DNA from: Ophelia neglecta
Lineage: Eukaryota
Assembly: GCA_965285935.1 (NCBI GenBank)
Contig: OZ260664.1
Coordinates: 93,806,001-93,870,000, forward strand
Reading direction: 5' to 3'
DNA: 64,000 nucleotides
The notes beneath the pieces were generated by a model, which saw nothing but the letters and a program-made list of their open reading frames with translations, did not search any database and had not been told where the DNA came from. Of the stretch, positions 61,253-64,000 are shown piece by piece. A program made the translations under genes and the position numbers. Position 1 is the stretch's first letter; each line of letters starts with the position of its first letter.

Positions 61253-61942
61253 GGTCTTCTATGTTACAGCTCCTTGAACTTCTGCCAACAGACACAACCG
61301 GTTTGAGGGTCAGGTGGCCGAATGTTCATCCCAGCAGGACTGACCGGGAACGACGGAATCTCCGAGACGTGCGCCTCTTCATGGCGAGGCCAGGTGGCTG
61401 CGTTCCGCCAGTTTGACTGGTGGATACTAAATAAAGCAAGACAACTTTTTTCCACGTGGATGGCGCTTCCATTAACTAAGTTTTTTCTATTTGTTTAAAT
61501 TAAATTCCCTATTTGGCTAACGCCCTGTCCGATTCGATGCCTTAATCATAATAGCCCCCCCCCCCACGCCCGTTCGACTACACCTTTAAGCAGTTGTAGG
61601 CCACAGATTGACTGCACCCTTAATTTGGCGACAGTCAGATGGTTGTCTAGGGAACTATTGTGGTAACCAGATGAAGGCTGGAGCGAGGACAGCTTCCGGT
61701 AGTTGTCTGCCTGTAAAGGGGTGTAGGAAAGATCTCTGTGGGGTTTCATTTAATGTAGCTATCTATTTGTAAATAGTCTTCTTGTTTAAAACTGTATTTT
61801 TTATAAAATTCATTTCCTTTGGCGTCATACACGTGGGCAAAACAGAAAGGTAAACCGATGACAGACGGCCCAATGATGATGGAAATCTGGAAGATCAATA
61901 TAACTTAGTTGTAACAAGAAATGAGGAACCCCCCCCCCCCCT
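61253..61942 (+). mobile_element. Penelope-like unit B (5' region only)
   Basis: Homologous to 61972-62890 and, from 61541, to 57563-58060. Confidence 0.8.
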
Positions 61943-63146
61943 CGTCCCACAAAATTAAGTACCAGATTCGTTGTCTTCTATGTTATAGCTCCTTAGAATC
62001 CTGCCGACAGATGCGACTTGTTCAAGGGTTAGATGGCCAAAGTGCACCCCACAGAACTTACCAGGAACGCTGGCATCTCCGAGACATGCCCCTCTTGGGG
62101 GCGAGGCCAGGTGGCTGCGTTCCGCCAGTTTGACTGGTGGATACTTAATATAACAAGACAACTTTTTCCATGTGGATGGCGCTTCCTTTAACTTGGTGTT
62201 TTCTTTTTGTTCAAAGTAAATTCCCTATCTGGCTAACGCCTTGTCCCATTCGATGCCTTAATCATAATAGCCCCCCCCCCCCACTCCTCCCCACGCCCGT
62301 TCGACTACACCCTTGAGCAGTTGTAGGCCACAGGTGGACGACTCCCTTAATCTAGCGTCAGTCTGATGGTTGTCTAGGCAACCGTCGCTGTAAGCAGATG
62401 GAGGCTGGAGAGAGAACAGCTTCCGATAGTCGTCTGCCCCTAAATGGTAAGAGGAAAGATTGCCAGGGGATTGTATTTAAAATTTAATGGCGCTATTTAG
62501 ATCTATTTGTAACAAGTCTTCTTATTCAAAAGCGTATTTTGTATAAATTCATTTCCGTTGGCGTCATTCACGTGGGCAAGACGGAAAGGTAGACCGATGA
62601 CAGATGATAGTGATGATAGTTTAAAGATGAGAAAACAGTGACAATAATAATGATGATGCATTCTTGACAATAATGTCTAGATAACTGATTGTCTGATGCA
62701 TCAAGATACATATAAACAAATTGATATTTGTTGATAGAATAAAAATTACATGACCCAATCTCCACTCGATGCTGAAGAAAGAAAAGATAGAAAAGTGCAT
62801 AATACAGAACCTCAAAGGAGCTGCCATGTCCTCACTGGAAATCCGGAAAGGTCAACATAACTTTGTTGTTAGAGATGAGGAACCCCCCCCCCCCGCCCCC
62901 CAACCATGATGCGATCTGAAATTTTGCCAACCAATTGAGGAAGTTACTCAGGGCAGCCCTCGACGATGACCGAGACACATATAGGAATCTTATATCCAAG
63001 GAAGACCAGAAGGCCACACACGTCGCTGTTCAAATAGCCGGCAAGAACTCATGGACTCCTTGAAAGGCCAACTGTTAACAATGATGATGGCGCGCAGCCC
63101 GGGACCTCGACTGGGGGACCAACCACTCAAAAGAGAAAGTATAATT

Positions 63147-63481
63147 ATGGGTCCTGTAGCGCTAATCCAGCACGACAACACCCGTCAGGCCAAATGGAAA
63201 ACTTCCAGCGTTGGCACTGAGATCTACTTATGTAGCTTTTGCATTACTGTCTTATCAGCAAAAGTGCTAAAAGGAGGCACAAGTCCAAAAAACACCGTTC
63301 CATCAACTGGCCCTGTTGCAATGAGTGCGGCGAATGGTTCCACCGTCCTGAACACTTAGCAAACCACAAACTGTCTTGGAACCACATCCGTACTTGTATC
63401 AAGGGCGCTAACGACGATGACACCACAATGTCGGGCAACGAAGCAGACAAACTTCAAGCAGACACTGCAAATCGTCACTAG
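63147..63481 (+). pseudogene. Second copy of the double C2H2 module (frameshifted)
   Basis: YLCSFCITVL / KSAKRRHKSKKHRSINWPCCNECGEWFHRPEHLANHKLSWNH. Confidence 0.7.
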
Positions 63482-63679
63482 GGACTTTCATTCATAAAAG
63501 AAAAACGGATAAAAGAAAAATACACTTACTTAAGTGTCTCCGCCGACAGGATAACCAACCACCACACTGCTGACACCTGTAGTGGACATTACACCATATC
63601 GCCAGCTTACAAGTACCGCACTATAACTTGGCACACAGCCAACGAGATCAACACACGGCTACAACTTCCGTTTCGCCTA

Positions 63680-63790
63680 CCAATCACAGACACGCAAAAT
63701 CGTCAGTGTGGAGCTGGCAACTTGGCTCTATCAGGGGTCATCACGAAAAGTAAACAATGGAAACCACGTGGCCTGATGAGCCTATATAAA
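63680..63790 (+). promoter_or_regulatory. Putative Pol II promoter of the PLE (CCAAT, E-box, TATA)
   Basis: ccaatca at 63680, cacgtg at 63765, TATATAAA at 63783-63790, 27 nt upstream of hammerhead stem I. Confidence 0.5.
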
Positions 63791-63809
63791 GGCGAGGTAG
63801 CGATTGGTT

Positions 63810-63858
63810 CATTGACTCGGAAGAAGGTTGCTTACCAATCGAAATGCCTAAGTCAATG
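63810..63858 (+). ncRNA. Minimal type I hammerhead ribozyme (degenerate)
   Basis: Perfect stem I cattgact/agtcaatg; CgGAAGA-a-ggttg-cttac-caatc-GAAA-tgcc-TA. Confidence 0.68.
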
Positions 63859-64000
63859 GTGACGACCTCCTGCCAGTCTATTGCCTTAGTGCCCGTTTTT
63901 GATACTATGAAAATATATATCTTAACACTGGTCATGGGAAAATTTTCAAATGTAATGTAATTATAACACAATAAAAATGTGATAAAAAGCAATTATTATC

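Larger units (their letters stand above)
61965..64000 (+). mobile_element. Penelope-like unit C, internally deleted (no RT), keeps ZnF module, promoter and hammerhead
   Basis: Jumps at ~63139 from sequence matching 58290 to sequence matching 60018; continues past the window edge. Confidence 0.82.

Noticed and set aside
63773-63797. CTGATGA-gcct-atataa-aggc-GAGG as an additional hammerhead
   Set aside because: It lacks the required GAAA (GAGG in both copies) and has no stem I or III; better read as the TATA box region.

Overview
Eukaryotic, AT-rich invertebrate DNA, probably lophotrochozoan or mollusc-like (inferred from the SINE, HINE and LINE types). The only host gene is the 3' end of a + strand gene. 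It has a 41-bp micro-exon (2122-2162, DVCTLRFFYNLGVQ) that splices in frame to a 3-kb terminal exon (9779-12802) carrying an OTUD4/ALG13/Otu-like motif, a KDIPPRF motif, a PAM2-like motif and tandem peptide repeats. From about 17.3 kb to the end the window is a nested transposon cluster. A decayed, spliced MULE (ZSWIM3-like, SWIM+PHD) gene hosts an L2-type and an RTEX/Proto2-type LINE. A 16.3-kb Tc1/mariner-superfamily element with 268-bp TIRs and a PHD-tailed spliced transposase hosts a 2A-peptide CR1 (itself hit by a one-ended Kolobok with a 373-bp duplication), a Harbinger fragment, a 9-bp-TSD MITE and a Crypton-like hairpin element. A scrambled Harbinger transposase/Myb locus follows. The window ends in a tandem array of a Penelope-like retroelement carrying minimal hammerhead ribozymes and an unexpected double C2H2 zinc-finger module. 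All family assignments are from motif recognition by eye, not database searches.
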